Shown: positions 56,901 through 62,327, numbered from the stretch's first letter. The stretch is 64,000 nt of DNA from Burkholderiaceae bacterium (GCA_036560485.1 DATBRC010000065.1:1020-65019), one strand, 5' to 3'. The notes: generated from the letters alone by a model not told the origin. Numbers and translations are program-made.

Positions 56901-59487
56901 GCAATGGAGATAAAGGCGATGTCTGTCCGTTTGAATAAGCCGCATACAACGTAGCAAGCTCATTCATCAATACCGAAATCGACCAGCCATCCGAGATGAT
57001 GTGGTGCATGCATACAACGAGGGAATACGCGCCGTCCGGCTGCTTGTACACCGCCGTGCGGAATAAAATATCCTGTGACAGATCAAAAACGAAATGCAAT
57101 TCCTTGTCGATTGCCTCATCGACCTCGGCTTGATTCCGATCGCTCATGTCAATCACGCTGAGATTCCAGTCATGCGCATCGCCGATGACCTGCATCGGTT
57201 CGAAATTCTCGACAACGAAACGCGTTCTCAATGCATCGTGACGACGCATGATTTCCTGAAAACTCCGATCCAGCGCCTGAACATCAAGATCGCCCTCGAT
57301 ACGCAATACGCCATGAATGTTATACAAAGCGCTTGCTTCATATTGCATCAGGAACCACATGCGTTGCTGCGCAAAAGACAATGGATAACGATTACCGTGT
57401 GTCGCAATCGGTGTAATGCGCTGGCGCTTGTTGGCAGGATCAAGCAATTTTGCGTTCAACGCTGCAGAAAGTTTCTGAACTGTTTCATATTCGAACAAGT
57501 TCTGCACCTGCAAATTGATATCGAGTTCGTCCGATATCCTTGCCGCGATTTGCGTCAGCGTCAGCGAATCCAATCCATAACCAATAAATGCCACATCGCG
57601 CTGCATCGTGCCGGCAGATAATTTTGCGTAAGCTTCGAACAACGCTGCAATGTAATCTTCGACAGCAGCCGTTCTCTTCGGCTCCGGCAATGCAAGCCAG
57701 GCTTCCTTGTCAAAACGCTTGATGTCTTCAACGGACATATCGGCAGATTTGTCGATGCGGCCGATCGCTTCAATTTGATGATCAAGAAATTGTTGTTTGC
57801 AGCGTTGACGTTGTACCTTGCCGCTTGATGTCTTCGGTAATTGCCCAGGCTTGATGAAGACAATACTGCGTACCTGCAGCTCATGCTGCAAGACGACTGC
57901 TTGCTGAATGGCGCGTGCCAATGCTTCCGGATCGAATGTTCGCAAATACGTGCGACGTATTTCCAGCACGATGACAAGTTGTTCCTGGCCTTTTTCTTCG
58001 ACTGTAAAAACCGCCGCGCCATTCGGCATGAAAGCTTCATGACTTTCAAACGCAGTCAATTCTATATCCTGCGGATAATGGTTCATGCCGCGGATGATCA
58101 CTACATCCTTCAAGCGGCCGGCAATATACAGTTCGCCCTGATGCACAAAGCCAAGGTCGCCCGTGCGCAGGTACGGGCCTTCCTTTGTATCCGATGTATA
58201 GGCTGCGAAAGTCGTTGCCGTTGCATCCGGCCTTTGCCAGTATCCCTTGGCATTGCTATCGCCATACGCCCAGATTTCGCCAACTTCGCCATCGGCACAT
58301 CGCGTCATGGTATCCGGATCGACGATCACCACACCTTGCTCGCAACGCGCAGAACCACAGCTTACAAGCTCATGTCCCGTCGCATGTGCATCCACCATCA
58401 CAGCACGTTTCTGCTGCAACCGGCTTTCATCAAAATACGAGGTGCGTGTACCCTTGCCAGGCTCAGCGCCGGTTATCAGAAGCGTCGTTTCGGCCATGCC
58501 ATAACAGGCATAGTGCGATGACGGATTAAAGCCGCAGCGGCTGAATTTATCGCTGAATGCACGTAGCGTTTCCGGACGTATCGGTTCTGCGCCATTGAAT
58601 GCAATGCGCCATGAATGTAAATCCAGTTGAGCGAGCTCTTCATCGTTGATGCTGTCAACGCAAAGATCGTAAGAGAAGTTAGGACCGCCGCTAGTGGTTG
58701 CCCTGTATTTGGAAATCGCTTCCAGCCAACGCATCGGACGTTGCAGGAAAGAAGCCGGCGCCATCAAGGTCGATGGGATACCAGCATATATCGGTTGCAA
58801 TACATTGCCGATCAAGCCCATGTCATGGAACAAAGGCAGCCACCCAACGACAACGGTGTCTGGTCCATGCCCCATCGCATCATAAATACTGCGCGAGTTG
58901 GCCATCAAGTTAGCGTGCGTAACCATCACGCCTTTTGGATCGCCGGTCGAGCCCGACGTGTATTGCAAGAAGGCGATATCGTCGGCCTGCACCTGCGGCA
59001 GCGCCACATCTTCCACGTGATCATTACCGGCAATATCGGTAATCACCCATGCCAGGGATTTGAGTTCATCCACTTCGACAAATTGCGGTTCGGCTATCAA
59101 TTGCGTCTGCAAATCAGTCATGGCCACTTTGGCCTGACAGTTTTGCACCAACGATTTCAAACGGCCTAGTTTCTGATTGCGCTTCGGTGGGTACCCAGGG
59201 ACGGCAATCACACCGGCGTATAGGCAGCCGAAGTAGGCAGCGATGAAATCTATGCCGGATGGATAAAGCATCAACGCCCGATCACCAGGCCGGCACTTCA
59301 TTAATAATTGTTTTGCGATTTGACGGGCGCGGGAATCCAGCGCCTTGAAAGTAATCGTATCTTCTTCAACGCTGGTTGCGGAATAGGACAAGAACCGAAA
59401 TGCAAGCACATCAGGCTGAATACTGGCTCTGTATGACAACAAGTCTACAAAAGTCTTGATTGATTCAGGTACTACCGTGCCCACCAT
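38965..59487 (-). CDS. Giant NRPS, 6840 aa: FAAL-ACP-(C-A-T)x4-C-[A remnant]-AL-KR-T
   Basis: GAGGG SD lies 8-9 nt before the ATG at 59487. Five HHxxxDG C domains, four TSG(S/T)TG A domains with GGHS carriers, and two FAAL-like ANL domains. See the domain features below. Confidence 0.95.
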   Translation of the reverse strand: MVGTVVPESIKTFVDLLSYRASIQPDVLAFRFLSYSATSVEEDTITFKALDSRARQIAKQLLMKCRPGDRALMLYPSGIDFIAAYFGCLYAGVIAVPGYPPKRNQKLGRLKSLVQNCQAKVAMTDLQTQLIAEPQFVEVDELKSLAWVITDIAGNDHVEDVALPQVQADDIAFLQYTSGSTGDPKGVMVTHANLMANSRSIYDAMGHGPDTVVVGWLPLFHDMGLIGNVLQPIYAGIPSTLMAPASFLQRPMRWLEAISKYRATTSGGPNFSYDLCVDSINDEELAQLDLHSWRIAFNGAEPIRPETLRAFSDKFSRCGFNPSSHYACYGMAETTLLITGAEPGKGTRTSYFDESRLQQKRAVMVDAHATGHELVSCGSARCEQGVVIVDPDTMTRCADGEVGEIWAYGDSNAKGYWQRPDATATTFAAYTSDTKEGPYLRTGDLGFVHQGELYIAGRLKDVVIIRGMNHYPQDIELTAFESHEAFMPNGAAVFTVEEKGQEQLVIVLEIRRTYLRTFDPEALARAIQQAVVLQHELQVRSIVFIKPGQLPKTSSGKVQRQRCKQQFLDHQIEAIGRIDKSADMSVEDIKRFDKEAWLALPEPKRTAAVEDYIAALFEAYAKLSAGTMQRDVAFIGYGLDSLTLTQIAARISDELDINLQVQNLFEYETVQKLSAALNAKLLDPANKRQRITPIATHGNRYPLSFAQQRMWFLMQYEASALYNIHGVLRIEGDLDVQALDRSFQEIMRRHDALRTRFVVENFEPMQVIGDAHDWNLSVIDMSDRNQAEVDEAIDKELHFVFDLSQDILFRTAVYKQPDGAYSLVVCMHHIISDGWSISVLMNELATLYAAYSNGQTSPLSPLPIQYPDYAAWQRDYLTGDVLQRQEEYWKSQLDGVTPLELPVDKIRPATLTYSGNSIPLQLDAELTDQLKALSKEHGVTLYMTLLTAFGVLLHKYSGQDDICVGTPIANRTMMETKNLMGFFVNTLAMRANYGGDPMFSDLLQDIRALTVDAYAHQDLPFEKVVDLVQKERDLTTSPLFQVMFVLQDIDQNSLSLPGVTVRKNTIASKTSKFDITLELAEGEAGLTGHLEYKTDLFNEATIHRLSSHFKHLLAEIVSAPSECLSNLSLLDANERHQLLDVFNDTAVDYPKNLTLHQLFEAQVASTPNHTALVFEDTALTYAELNTKANQLAHYLRSIGVGPDVQVGICVERSIEMVIGLYGILKAGGAYVPFDPDYPKDRLAFMLSDCKPPVLLTQQHLLENLPASDTKTFCLDTQWHEVEAYATSNPENHTVARNLAYVIFTSGSTGRPKGVGVEHAGIVNRLQWMQQAYRLTAADRVLQKTPFSFDVSVWEFFWPLLYGSTLVVAKPGGHQDAQYLAELIQSQAITTLHFVPPMLEVFLSTAETKLCGSLRQVICSGQALPIELQRRFFAQLRHVELHNLYGPTEASVDVTFWQCRENTDLHCVPIGKPIANIQIHILDAYGNPTPVGVAGELHIAGVGLARGYLNRPDLTAEKFIPNPFSAESGARMYRSGDLARYLPDGNIEYLGRIDDQVKIRGFRIELGEIESALAALPAVRDAVVMAREDVPGDKRLVAYIVPEEGTIDADVLRSHLAESMPSYMIPSAFISIDTLPLSVNGKVDKKRLPKPYISSLISTEYVAPRNGVEEGLAAIWCELLNVDRIGINHNFFDLGGHSLLAMRMVAKVRDRWKIEFPIKRAFEAQELHALAALIEQASGLESHPIKRVSREETLPLSYAQQRLWLVNEIDTIAAQYNMPAAIELSGELNAAALEKAFDAFIGRHEILRTVYDVKDGLPHQIIRDPVEFELKKIDLSDREQLAQFNALHALTEEEAWQPFDLARDLMLRATLIKLSDKRHTLLVTMHHIASDGWSTGVMVKELAELYSAFVENRSASLPDLRYQYADYSAWQRKTLAGHKLNSLVSYWRSQLANLPSVHNLPLDHARQAQSSHEGGVVAQIISANTSASLHHVAKENDATLFMVLHAAFAGLLHRYSGETDIVLGTPVANRDLVELEPLVGLFVNTLVVRSDFSEDLDFTALLSQSKSTLLDAYEQQDLPFEMLVNEMQVERSQSVNPLFQVMLVFQSGGENRLKLAGLEAAEIRETALATKFDLTLNIVESDQGLKLNWEYAKDLFDEATIHRLANSFAILLDAVTQSPQIAVKRLPLVTESDRHTLLSNCNAYANDAFEPVCSHLLFEEQVAKTPNAIALQFNEQTMTYEELNRRANLVAHYLIANGVKPDTLIGLCAERSLELVVAMLGILKAGGAYVAFDPTYPSDRLRYLLEDSGVKLVMTQTSLSHVLPINGQRLVFIDNNVLFDALSSEDIPVAKLGLTPDSLAYVIYTSGSTGNPKASLLMHKGLSNLAQAQKEFFHVDGNSHVIQFASFAFDAATSEIFMALCAGACLHIMSKEIAQSGTDLSDYVARKGITHATLPPALLSVLDRSMWQSVAHLVVAGEQCPLGLMKEWSHDRNFYNAYGPSEATVCSSIGRLTPASDVVHIGKPMRGVQLYVLDELMQPTPVGVAGQLYVGGCGVGRGYLGRDELNKEKFVDNPFGSGKLYATGDLTRWLNDGNLEFIGRIDNQVKLRGFRIELGEIETALSKQPGVIDSIVVLHKDRDNNQRLVAYLVIEHDAFNAEALRRHLAQSMPNYMIPSIFVPVQQFPMTPNGKVDRKRLPEPDIASLVKTEYVAPGNQIEVGLAAIWGELLKLEKVGINNNFFDLGGHSLLAIQVISRIKEGFGVQLKVADLFVYTNIAALAKRIAEASSKDALLPQVEPRADSNIVPLSLEQQSYWFLYEMEGGTATYNIPTAMRLTGKVDIPALEQSFAALIQRHESLRTIFVVENGAPLQQVLPSPEFKLIIDSKKDNRYKEILDKQIELDARHVFDLKKEIPIRAVLHKLYDDDYVLTVLLHHTMADGWSLGILMGELAQLYNAHVAQKENPLAPLQVQYGDYAVWQKQNLVGAYYEKQVGYWRDKLKGVPPMIDLPTDYPRPPVQSYRGREVGFVLPFELTQALNAFSRKNNTTLFNTLLAGLNVLLSRYSRSEDIVVGTAIANRSQTNLEPLIGCFANTLVLRNKVDQTRSFIDLVKRVNGVVFDAYEHAEVPLDVVVDAVQPERSLGVPPLFQVMFRLHNHKTGQGIQFADLEAELINIESESAKLDLNFSLAETDAGIEGILEYATDLFSEKTVRRITRHFQLLLESAMVHPDAEVESLNLLSKEEFDLVENWNNTVVPYPTDECVYHLFEQTCAKMPAKLAYVCGNDRFTYAELNAKANQLAHYLQSIGVGPEVRVGVSVGRTSWAGVSMLAVFKAGGTYVPLDPKYPRERIDIMLDVVKPKIILTTDEISELFDDRIAQVIHVEQIQETVASKPTENLPHIGADHSAYILFTSGTTGRPKAILISHRSFRNMPESHRWAKLHSPNNRVLQFASLSFSISMWDSFMAWVPGGTLIAVTQDEALPGESLYGLLEREKVTHATWPVSLLSTLPVERMPNSLQTIISSAEPCNDAVVARWTARGVRFLNMYGNSEVSLGSTLYEYHKVGQKLTIGVAFPNTRMYLLDRHLRQVPIGVIAEIHTAGAGLATCYWDNPEATANSFIPNPFAKGKPERLYKTGDLGRYLPNGEIEFIGREDFQVSIRGFRVELVEIENVLRAAPGIAEVVVVSQLDANKVGRLVCFYVEKPDAQGLDAGQLRALVSRKLPSYMVPSLFVKLDAMPLTPNRKVDRLGLPKPTLDDDQSIAYVAPRNPLEEKIAAIWTEVLGQKNISVNRNFFEIGGHSLLAVQVVSRVKDGLGLPLTIKDLFTHTTVESLAIFLAGQEDTPGTALPAISKREETGSIPLSLDQKPYWFLHQLEGGSYTYNIPFAMRMHGELNVTALQKTFHALIERHESLRTLFPSRDGEPLQAIVPASEFKLQIVQVAEEDVEEQVRADFTYIFDLENELPIRIRLLSIADDNHVVTLVVHHVVADGWSLNILMNELIALYSSFSAGKPSPLPQLELQYGDYSQWQQKNIVGDTFNKQTDFWKKKLDGLAPLLNLPLDYPRPPIQSYRGKELPISLPFSLTARLNQYARQHNTTLYNLLLSGLAILLSRYGRTNDIPVGTAVANRPQKELEPLIGCFANTLVIRCRVNAKDNFQQLVAAVGNEALEAFSNSSVPFDGVVEAVQPERSLGVPPIFQVMFRLHNQQMAQTSSFAGLRSELINLPTQSAKLDLNFSLAETGDGLKGVIEFATDIFSEQTVARIAKHYQTILEAAMSDSTIAIEKLSVVTQEEMEQVRRWNATDIDYPQDECMHHLFERTVQRMPNKLAYVCGDDRFTFAELNARANRLAHFLQSRGVGPEARVGVSVERSTWAGISGLAVAKSGGTYVPIDLNYPKDRIERMLDVAKPKIILTLEHLKPLFADTGAEIVALDTEWDAIQSQPISNPPRIGAGHSAYILFTSGTTGKPKGILVGHRAFRNMANSQQWAGLHTPDSRVLQFASLSFSIAFWGTYMAWVPGGTIYSVTSKENLPDEPLYEFMEENQITHVTWPVSLLSTVPVDRMPKSLRVVVSSAEPCNDAVVAKWTALGVRFLNLYGNSEVSIGSTLYEYRQVGEKLTIGKAFPNTQMYLLDENLKQVPIGVIAEIHTAGVGLATCYVDDPVATAKSFIPNPFSDDRTSRMYKTGDLGRYLPNGEIEFIGREDFQVSIRGFRVELTEIEDVLRTVPGIVEVVVNSRDDEQGLARLVCFYARLDHAHHLTSAELRKVVSEKLPNYMVPSLFVELDAMPLTPNRKIDRLALQNYPLNEGEDDLYVAPKSPVEKRLADIWSGILNIQDIGTHHDFFELGGHSLLATKIVARVRSEFSVELSLQQFFENSTIERLAVVIEHANASYVENPIRILDQRDKVPLSFAQQRLWFLDRYEENSNFYHMPSVMKIVGDLDVDALNHAFVTLIGRHEVLRTNFISDQGQGFQKIHSSIDWAMDVIELEGGTVEEKEAEFSAYIDAQLKTAFNLESDALLRVSLCKFADDEYRLFINMHHIIADGWSINILINEITALYSANVSKTPAKLKDLPVQYADYAVSQIEYLQGPVLTQQSVYWSKKLKDLTTLSLPLDFERPRNQTYNGDRASFVIDKAMVAALDELSHHQGATLFMTLLSAFNVMLGKYSGDTDISIGTPIANRVRAEIEPLIGFFANTLTLRSDLDGDPTFAALLQQVKKTTLEAYSNQDIPFEKVVDLVLPERDPSRSPLFQVSFSFQQNAAANSFTLPGITIDNIALENKTAKFDLLLEFMTTPDGLSGSFEYNTDLFKRETIQGFVSAFIHLLNAIIASPQHKVSGLSLAPDNAITPASITLDAYPILRALYGKAIVSESDIANYYLLDATGNAVPHGVVGKLYFEIKGQTDTSTLLNGRIAEVNINGRLYKLLASGFTARQTANGLVLLSSVDDVALINNQLVYPRVVEQQLLTRPDVQDCHVAIREHAELGNQIVVYLVCKDEEPDAEDFTQYLQSSGFTDINVFACVKVGAIPLTRHGEVNARQLYKYAVHNPVTRQLWTGKVSQIGKINEAVVISQMISEQQPVSHLLDLLPIEARGTSGNAASIVSKTRKINNESISKSPALIISEPIIEVIRRPNSLADMIINTAQVHGDKVIEFYHADNSTTSMSYVKLLHKAQCVLGGLRATGLTVGSKVIFQFDRNEDFIVSFWACELGGFIPVPIAAAKNYRTSNAQTVKVAHAWNMMDKAIVLAGENIVEGVRHIGTLEKIDAFDVHEITSLYEAEPAHDFHQGASDDVALIMLTSGSTGLPKGVQLTHANLIGRTLGSAQMNGFHSDMVSLNWMALDHVGGIIYFHIRDAYLGATQVQADTDYILADPLRWLRLIDQHRVNITWAPNFAFALIVERQEELKKLTLDLSCLHFMLNGAEAVVPKTTQAFIELLQQFKLAEDSVKPVYGMSEISSGVTYAKRLQLTYGSDDTVFVSVGRPIPGVNMRIVDEHDQVMMEGQSGRLQVSGVTVTKGYLGGENVNKDVFTQDGWFKTGDLAFIQNGELTITGREKDVIIINGVNFYGHEIAEVVETVPGVVVSYTGACAVRRNGSNSDQLAIFFNTAQKGEPLLGLIKLIRQAVVEKIGINPSFIVPVEKDQVPKTEIGKIQLIKLAQSFNRGEFDYALRALDLAERNENTLPDWSFSKTWVQKRLNNVVELSPVGATLVFADFAGCAAALGLSGHVITVTQGQAYQDRGDSYQINPGVQEHYVQLVASLTQRSITISRVVNLWDYESNARTADALLTKATLSDAIGLYSAWYLAQAFAALETPPTMRWIWAARKAQCVNGSDVISPDKAATLALMKTLPKEFAWLKCHHVDFEGNDIADHAAWLKREIVTYHAIDEVAYRDGKRLVVRLRKERRVIREKREMPLVSGGGYLISGGLGGIGYELARMLLKQFNAKLLLIGRTPLEKLPADKKDMLDQLAGMGNVQYADADICNHAAVESAVDKAEAEWKQKLAGVFHLAGLAHEEAMAGQTIHSLHDVLRAKTSGTRVLYNICNHRTDTLFVNFSSVNGFFGGSGMAAYNIGNRYQEAFVESVRDNKNVRSVCISWSLWHDTGMGSQYKQAESLSKALGFTPIVASKGLFSMLVVLYHGRRNVLIGLDDTRPNIRQLVTDVQPSDRQLVCYFAANEPGITNEVAAEAVLTDEFGLSLHVQYIQVESLPKTASGEIDLAALRKTFAQSGSAKVEKIAPRDELEETLTAIATSVFGAAEPIGIKDNFFDVGANSLLIVKLHHEIQQQMNIEFPMVELFNSTTIEKLAIFLGQHGGQTPAPAADAARNAGQERRAAMQRRNRSRERKTSR
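39058..42660 (-). other. Second FAAL-like acyl ligase (AL)-KR-T tridomain at the NRPS C-terminus
   Basis: LIMLTSGSTGLPKGV (Thr5792, 42112-42114), YGMSEISS, FKTGDLA. KR SGGGYLISGGLGGIGYEL (40201-40260) and GMAAYNIGN. Carrier FFDVGANSLL (Ser6765, 39193-39195). Confidence 0.7.
42853..43497 (-). other. Adenylation-domain remnant (only A6-A10-like C-terminal part; no A1-A5, no carrier)
   Basis: YYLLDATGNAVPHGVVGKLYFEIKG (43321-43380) ... IPLTRHGEVNARQL (about 42880-42930). I found no TSGxTG, FDxS or YGPTE motif and no GGxS after it. Confidence 0.6.
43498..44808 (-). other. C5 condensation domain
   Basis: VPLSFAQQRLWFL (Pro4902 at 44782-44784) and MHHIIADGWS (44341-44400 region). Confidence 0.75.
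44809..47946 (-). other. Module 4, C-A*-T; near-duplicate of module 3 (code SIWTVSLIGK)
   Basis: VHHVVADGWS. LSFSIAFWG with Ser4501 (45985-45987). NLYGNSEVS. PNRKIDR. Confidence 0.7.
47947..51102 (-). other. Module 3, C-A*-T; non-canonical A domain (code SIWTISMLGK)
   Basis: LHHTMADGWS. LSFSISMWD with Ser3453 (49129-49131) where Asp235 is expected. NMYGNSEVS instead of NxYGPTE. PNRKVDR. Confidence 0.7.
51103..54252 (-). other. Module 2, C-A-T; A-domain code DASTVAAVCK (aromatic/Tyr-like)
   Basis: MHHIASDGWS. FAFDAATSE (Asp2409, 52261-52263). ATLPPA, VVAGE, NAYGPSEATVC. Confidence 0.6.
54253..57402 (-). other. Module 1, C-A-T; hand-extracted A-domain code DVWHISLVDK (Ser-like)
   Basis: MHHIISDGWS. 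FSFDVSVWE (Asp1349, 55441-55443). HFVPP, ICSG, NLYGPTEASVD. T Ser1697 (54397-54399). Confidence 0.7.
57403..59487 (-). other. Loading region: fatty acyl-AMP ligase (FAAL)-like domain plus ACP
   Basis: FLQYTSGSTGDPKGV, YGMAETT, LRTGDLG, PKTSSGKVQRQ. ACP motif GYGLDSLT (Ser641, 57565-57567). Confidence 0.8.
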
Positions 59488-59973
59488 ATTGAAGCCCTCA
59501 CCTATTCATCCAAATAGCATGCAACCAAGCGAGTCTCCTGTAATACGCATTAATGCCGACTACGGATCAGGCATGCTGTTAAGCTGATCCAGGCAATAAA
59601 TTGTATTTTTATAATTTTATGCTGCAGTGCAGTATAAAGAGTTTTATTACAACAAACTATATGGTGAGACTACTATGGCAATCGAATTAACAAATAATTA
59701 ACTAAAATTCACAATTGACAGTTACTTTGAATAAAAATACCATCTTGCCGCAAAGAAAAAATCAAAACCAGCCCAAAATGCATGGCGTTGTAAAAAGTGA
59801 ATAAGCACCTTCCTTTTTTGATATGCAGCAAAGTTTCATCGTCAGACTTACACAATAATGTAGAGGCATTTGTTATCATCCTTTATCAGTATTACAAGAA
59901 GATAACAACAACATAACCATAAGAAAATTTGCCGCTTTGCGTGAGCAAATGGTTAAAACAGGAGACAAGGACA
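59488..59973. promoter_or_regulatory. AT-rich divergent promoter region of the NRPS operon and the mbtH-TEII-PPTase operon
   Basis: 486 bp with no ORF. Leader hairpin ggatcag(59564-59570)/ctgatcc(59584-59590). I recognise no convincing operator. Confidence 0.4.
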
Positions 59974-60183
59974 ATGAGTCACCGAGAAGACAGTGATGAA
60001 ACCATCTATAAGGTTGTCATCAGTCACGATGAACAATACTCAATATGGCCCGCACACAAAACCCCTGCACGTGGCTGGAGTGAGACTCAAACGCAAGGCA
60101 CCAAGGGAGAATGTCTGGCATTCATCAAGAGTACCTGGACCGACATGCGTCCAAAAAGCTTGCGGGACAAGATGGTTAATTGA
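59974..60183 (+). CDS. MbtH-like protein
   Basis: GGAGACAAGG precedes the ATG at 59974. Sequence ...YKVVISHDEQYSIWPAHKTPARGW...LAFIKSTWTDMRP carries the MbtH Trp signature. Confidence 0.9.
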   Translation: MSHREDSDETIYKVVISHDEQYSIWPAHKTPARGWSETQTQGTKGECLAFIKSTWTDMRPKSLRDKMVN

Positions 60184-60255
60184 AGACTCATTGAAGTACA
60201 TCGTCACTGCAGAATAGAATAGCGGGCTATAGAATCAGAATAAATACTGCCCCTA

Positions 60256-61005
60256 ATGCAAAACGTACCCAACTCCTGCTTTATACGCCCCAAACCGGTT
60301 GCCCATCCGCGTGTGCGCCTGTTCTGTTTTCCGTATGCAGGAGGATCGGCTGCGATTTATCACCAGTGGCCCGTACACGTCTCCACAGACATAGAACTAC
60401 TGGCAGTGCAATATCCGGGCCGCGCTACTCGCCTGCGAGAATCGCCGCGTAAAGATCTGAATCTTCTGCTTGATGATATTGAAGAAGCCATCACACCGCT
60501 TCTGAACAGACCGTTTGCCTTCTTCGGACACAGCATGGGTGCAACGGTCTGCTATGAGCTCACACGACGCCTGCATGCCAAACAAAAGCCGTTGCCCATG
60601 TATTTGTTTCTTTCAGGCCGTAGCGCACCGCATCTGCCTGCAGTAAAACCCCCGGTTCATAACCTGCCCGATAAAGAATTTCTTGAGTCGATGCGCAATC
60701 TGAACGGCACGCCGACAGAGCTTCTCGAACATAGCGAGCTGATGGAAATGATGCTGCCGATCATTCGCGCAGATTTTCAATTATTGGAAACATGGGAGTA
60801 TCAAGCTTCGCCTCCACTAGACATCCCGGTGTCGGTTTTTGGCGGACTTGCCGACGATGGTGTGCCACTGGCAAATCTGGATGCATGGGCTGCCTGCACG
60901 ACCGGTAAAATGAAACGCCACATGTTTCCCGGCGATCACTTTTTCCTGCATCAGCAATATCCGGCCATGTTAAACATCATCAATCGTGCGCTCAGCAGTG
61001 AATGA
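60256..61005 (+). CDS. Type II (editing) thioesterase
   Basis: 249 aa with LFCFPYAGGSAAIY and GHSMGA, typical of GrsT/TEII. Confidence 0.9.
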   Translation: MQNVPNSCFIRPKPVAHPRVRLFCFPYAGGSAAIYHQWPVHVSTDIELLAVQYPGRATRLRESPRKDLNLLLDDIEEAITPLLNRPFAFFGHSMGATVCYELTRRLHAKQKPLPMYLFLSGRSAPHLPAVKPPVHNLPDKEFLESMRNLNGTPTELLEHSELMEMMLPIIRADFQLLETWEYQASPPLDIPVSVFGGLADDGVPLANLDAWAACTTGKMKRHMFPGDHFFLHQQYPAMLNIINRALSSE

Positions 61006-61771
61006 CCCTGCCGCACTGAAAGCATTGGAGAGCGAACTGCATGTGTGGATCGCCTATCCGGACAATGCCCCTGCTCAGCATTTAATCGAACAATTTTTGC
61101 CGCTGTTGAATCAGGAAGAGCAAGACCGGTATCGGCGCTTTCATTTCGATCATGATCGCCATACTTATCTTGCGGCTCATGCGCTGCTGCGTATCACCCT
61201 GTCGCGCTACGCGCCATGCGAACCTGCTCAGTGGCGATTTACACGCGGTGCGCAAGGCAAACCCGAGATAGAAGCTAAGATAGAAGCTAAAGCTGATCTG
61301 CCAGCACTCCGTTTTAATTTGAGCCATACGAAAGACATGGTCGCATGTGTTGTTTCGCTGAATAGCGTATGCGGCGTTGATGTTGAGCGTATTAGACCGA
61401 TGAAAGACATGGCAGGCATCGCGGAAACCGTATTCTCAAATGCAGAAGTCTCGTCTTTGCATGCATTGGATGAGGCAGACAGGCCAGATACTTTTTTCAA
61501 AATTTGGACCTTGAAAGAAGCGTATATCAAGGCAATCGGCCAAGGACTTGCCGCACCGCTTAAAGACATTTCATTTGATATTGAAGCGCCATTCATTCGC
61601 GCCAGTTTCAATGGAGAGGAGCTCAACAACACAGGATGGCAATTTCATCATAGGAAACCTATATCTACACATCATCTGGCAGTCACTACGCAATCAATAG
61701 GTTCACCAATTAAAATTGTCTATTCCGACCTTAATCTAGCTGATAATTTAGAAAACACTTTGCAACGCTGA
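60986..61771 (+). CDS. Sfp-type 4'-phosphopantetheinyl transferase
   Basis: GAQGKPEI...FNLSH...GVDVE...FKIWTLKEAYIKAIG. GTG start at 60986 or 60998, overlapping the TEII stop. Confidence 0.9.
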   Translation: MRSAVNDPAALKALESELHVWIAYPDNAPAQHLIEQFLPLLNQEEQDRYRRFHFDHDRHTYLAAHALLRITLSRYAPCEPAQWRFTRGAQGKPEIEAKIEAKADLPALRFNLSHTKDMVACVVSLNSVCGVDVERIRPMKDMAGIAETVFSNAEVSSLHALDEADRPDTFFKIWTLKEAYIKAIGQGLAAPLKDISFDIEAPFIRASFNGEELNNTGWQFHHRKPISTHHLAVTTQSIGSPIKIVYSDLNLADNLENTLQR

Positions 61772-61970
61772 TATATGGATTTATCCCATCACTAGACCCG
61801 AACTTCTTAAAGAACAAAAAAATCTCGTAGACGCGTTTTAGTTTGCGTACATCAATTGGATTCGTCAGAAGGTGCCTCAATTTTTCGACCTGTTCACGCT
61901 CAGTTTTTAATGTGATGTTGCCCCTGAGGTCTGTGCCACAGAAGCCAAGCGGATCAGATCATACAACCAC

Positions 61971-62327
61971 TTATTGAAGTATGAGTCCGTCCAATAGCGC
62001 ATAGCCGCTGTAGCAAGTGCCTGTTACAAAAATCCTGACATTGCGGGATGAGAGTTGGGCAGCAAGTAACGTCGCAAACAATCGTTTTTTTCGATCATCA
62101 TCCACGACAAAATAAAAGCCATTGCGTACAGTACACGCACCAGAATCTGTCGGATTGGATGTCACGCTCACATCAACATAAACATAATTAGCTGCACCAG
62201 CACTTTGTTGGTTTAAGTTCGATATCGTGCCAAAGTCAGTCCAACCAGATGCAGCAATTGCTTCTCCAGTTGCGAGTATGAATAGCAGTCCGAAGATAAA
62301 TATTGCACATAACTGTTTTCCCATCAT
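61971..62327 (-). CDS. Small secreted protein of unknown function (2 Cys)
   Basis: GAGAGG SD precedes ATG 62327. Signal peptide MMGKQLCAIFIFGLLFILATGEAIA. About 95-aa mature part. AT-rich surroundings. Confidence 0.55.
   Translation of the reverse strand: MMGKQLCAIFIFGLLFILATGEAIAASGWTDFGTISNLNQQSAGAANYVYVDVSVTSNPTDSGACTVRNGFYFVVDDDRKKRLFATLLAAQLSSRNVRIFVTGTCYSGYALLDGLILQ

Noticed and set aside
59871-59905. Fur-box-like AT-rich stretch (tgttatcatcctttatcag...gataac) in the divergent promoter, which would suggest a siderophore cluster
   Set aside because: It is only a weak partial match to GATAATGATAATCATTATC. I found no TonB-dependent receptor, hydroxamate/catecholate tailoring genes or iron ABC genes in the window. 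The FAAL start, the KS-AT-KR module and the CCR fit a lipopeptide-polyketide better.
61800-61960. Possible remnant of a restriction-modification specificity gene (plus-frame peptide ...LKEQKNLVDAF*FAYINWIRQKVPQFF...)
   Set aside because: The resemblance to HsdS-type motifs is only vague, and the frame is interrupted by stops. I cannot support it without a database search.
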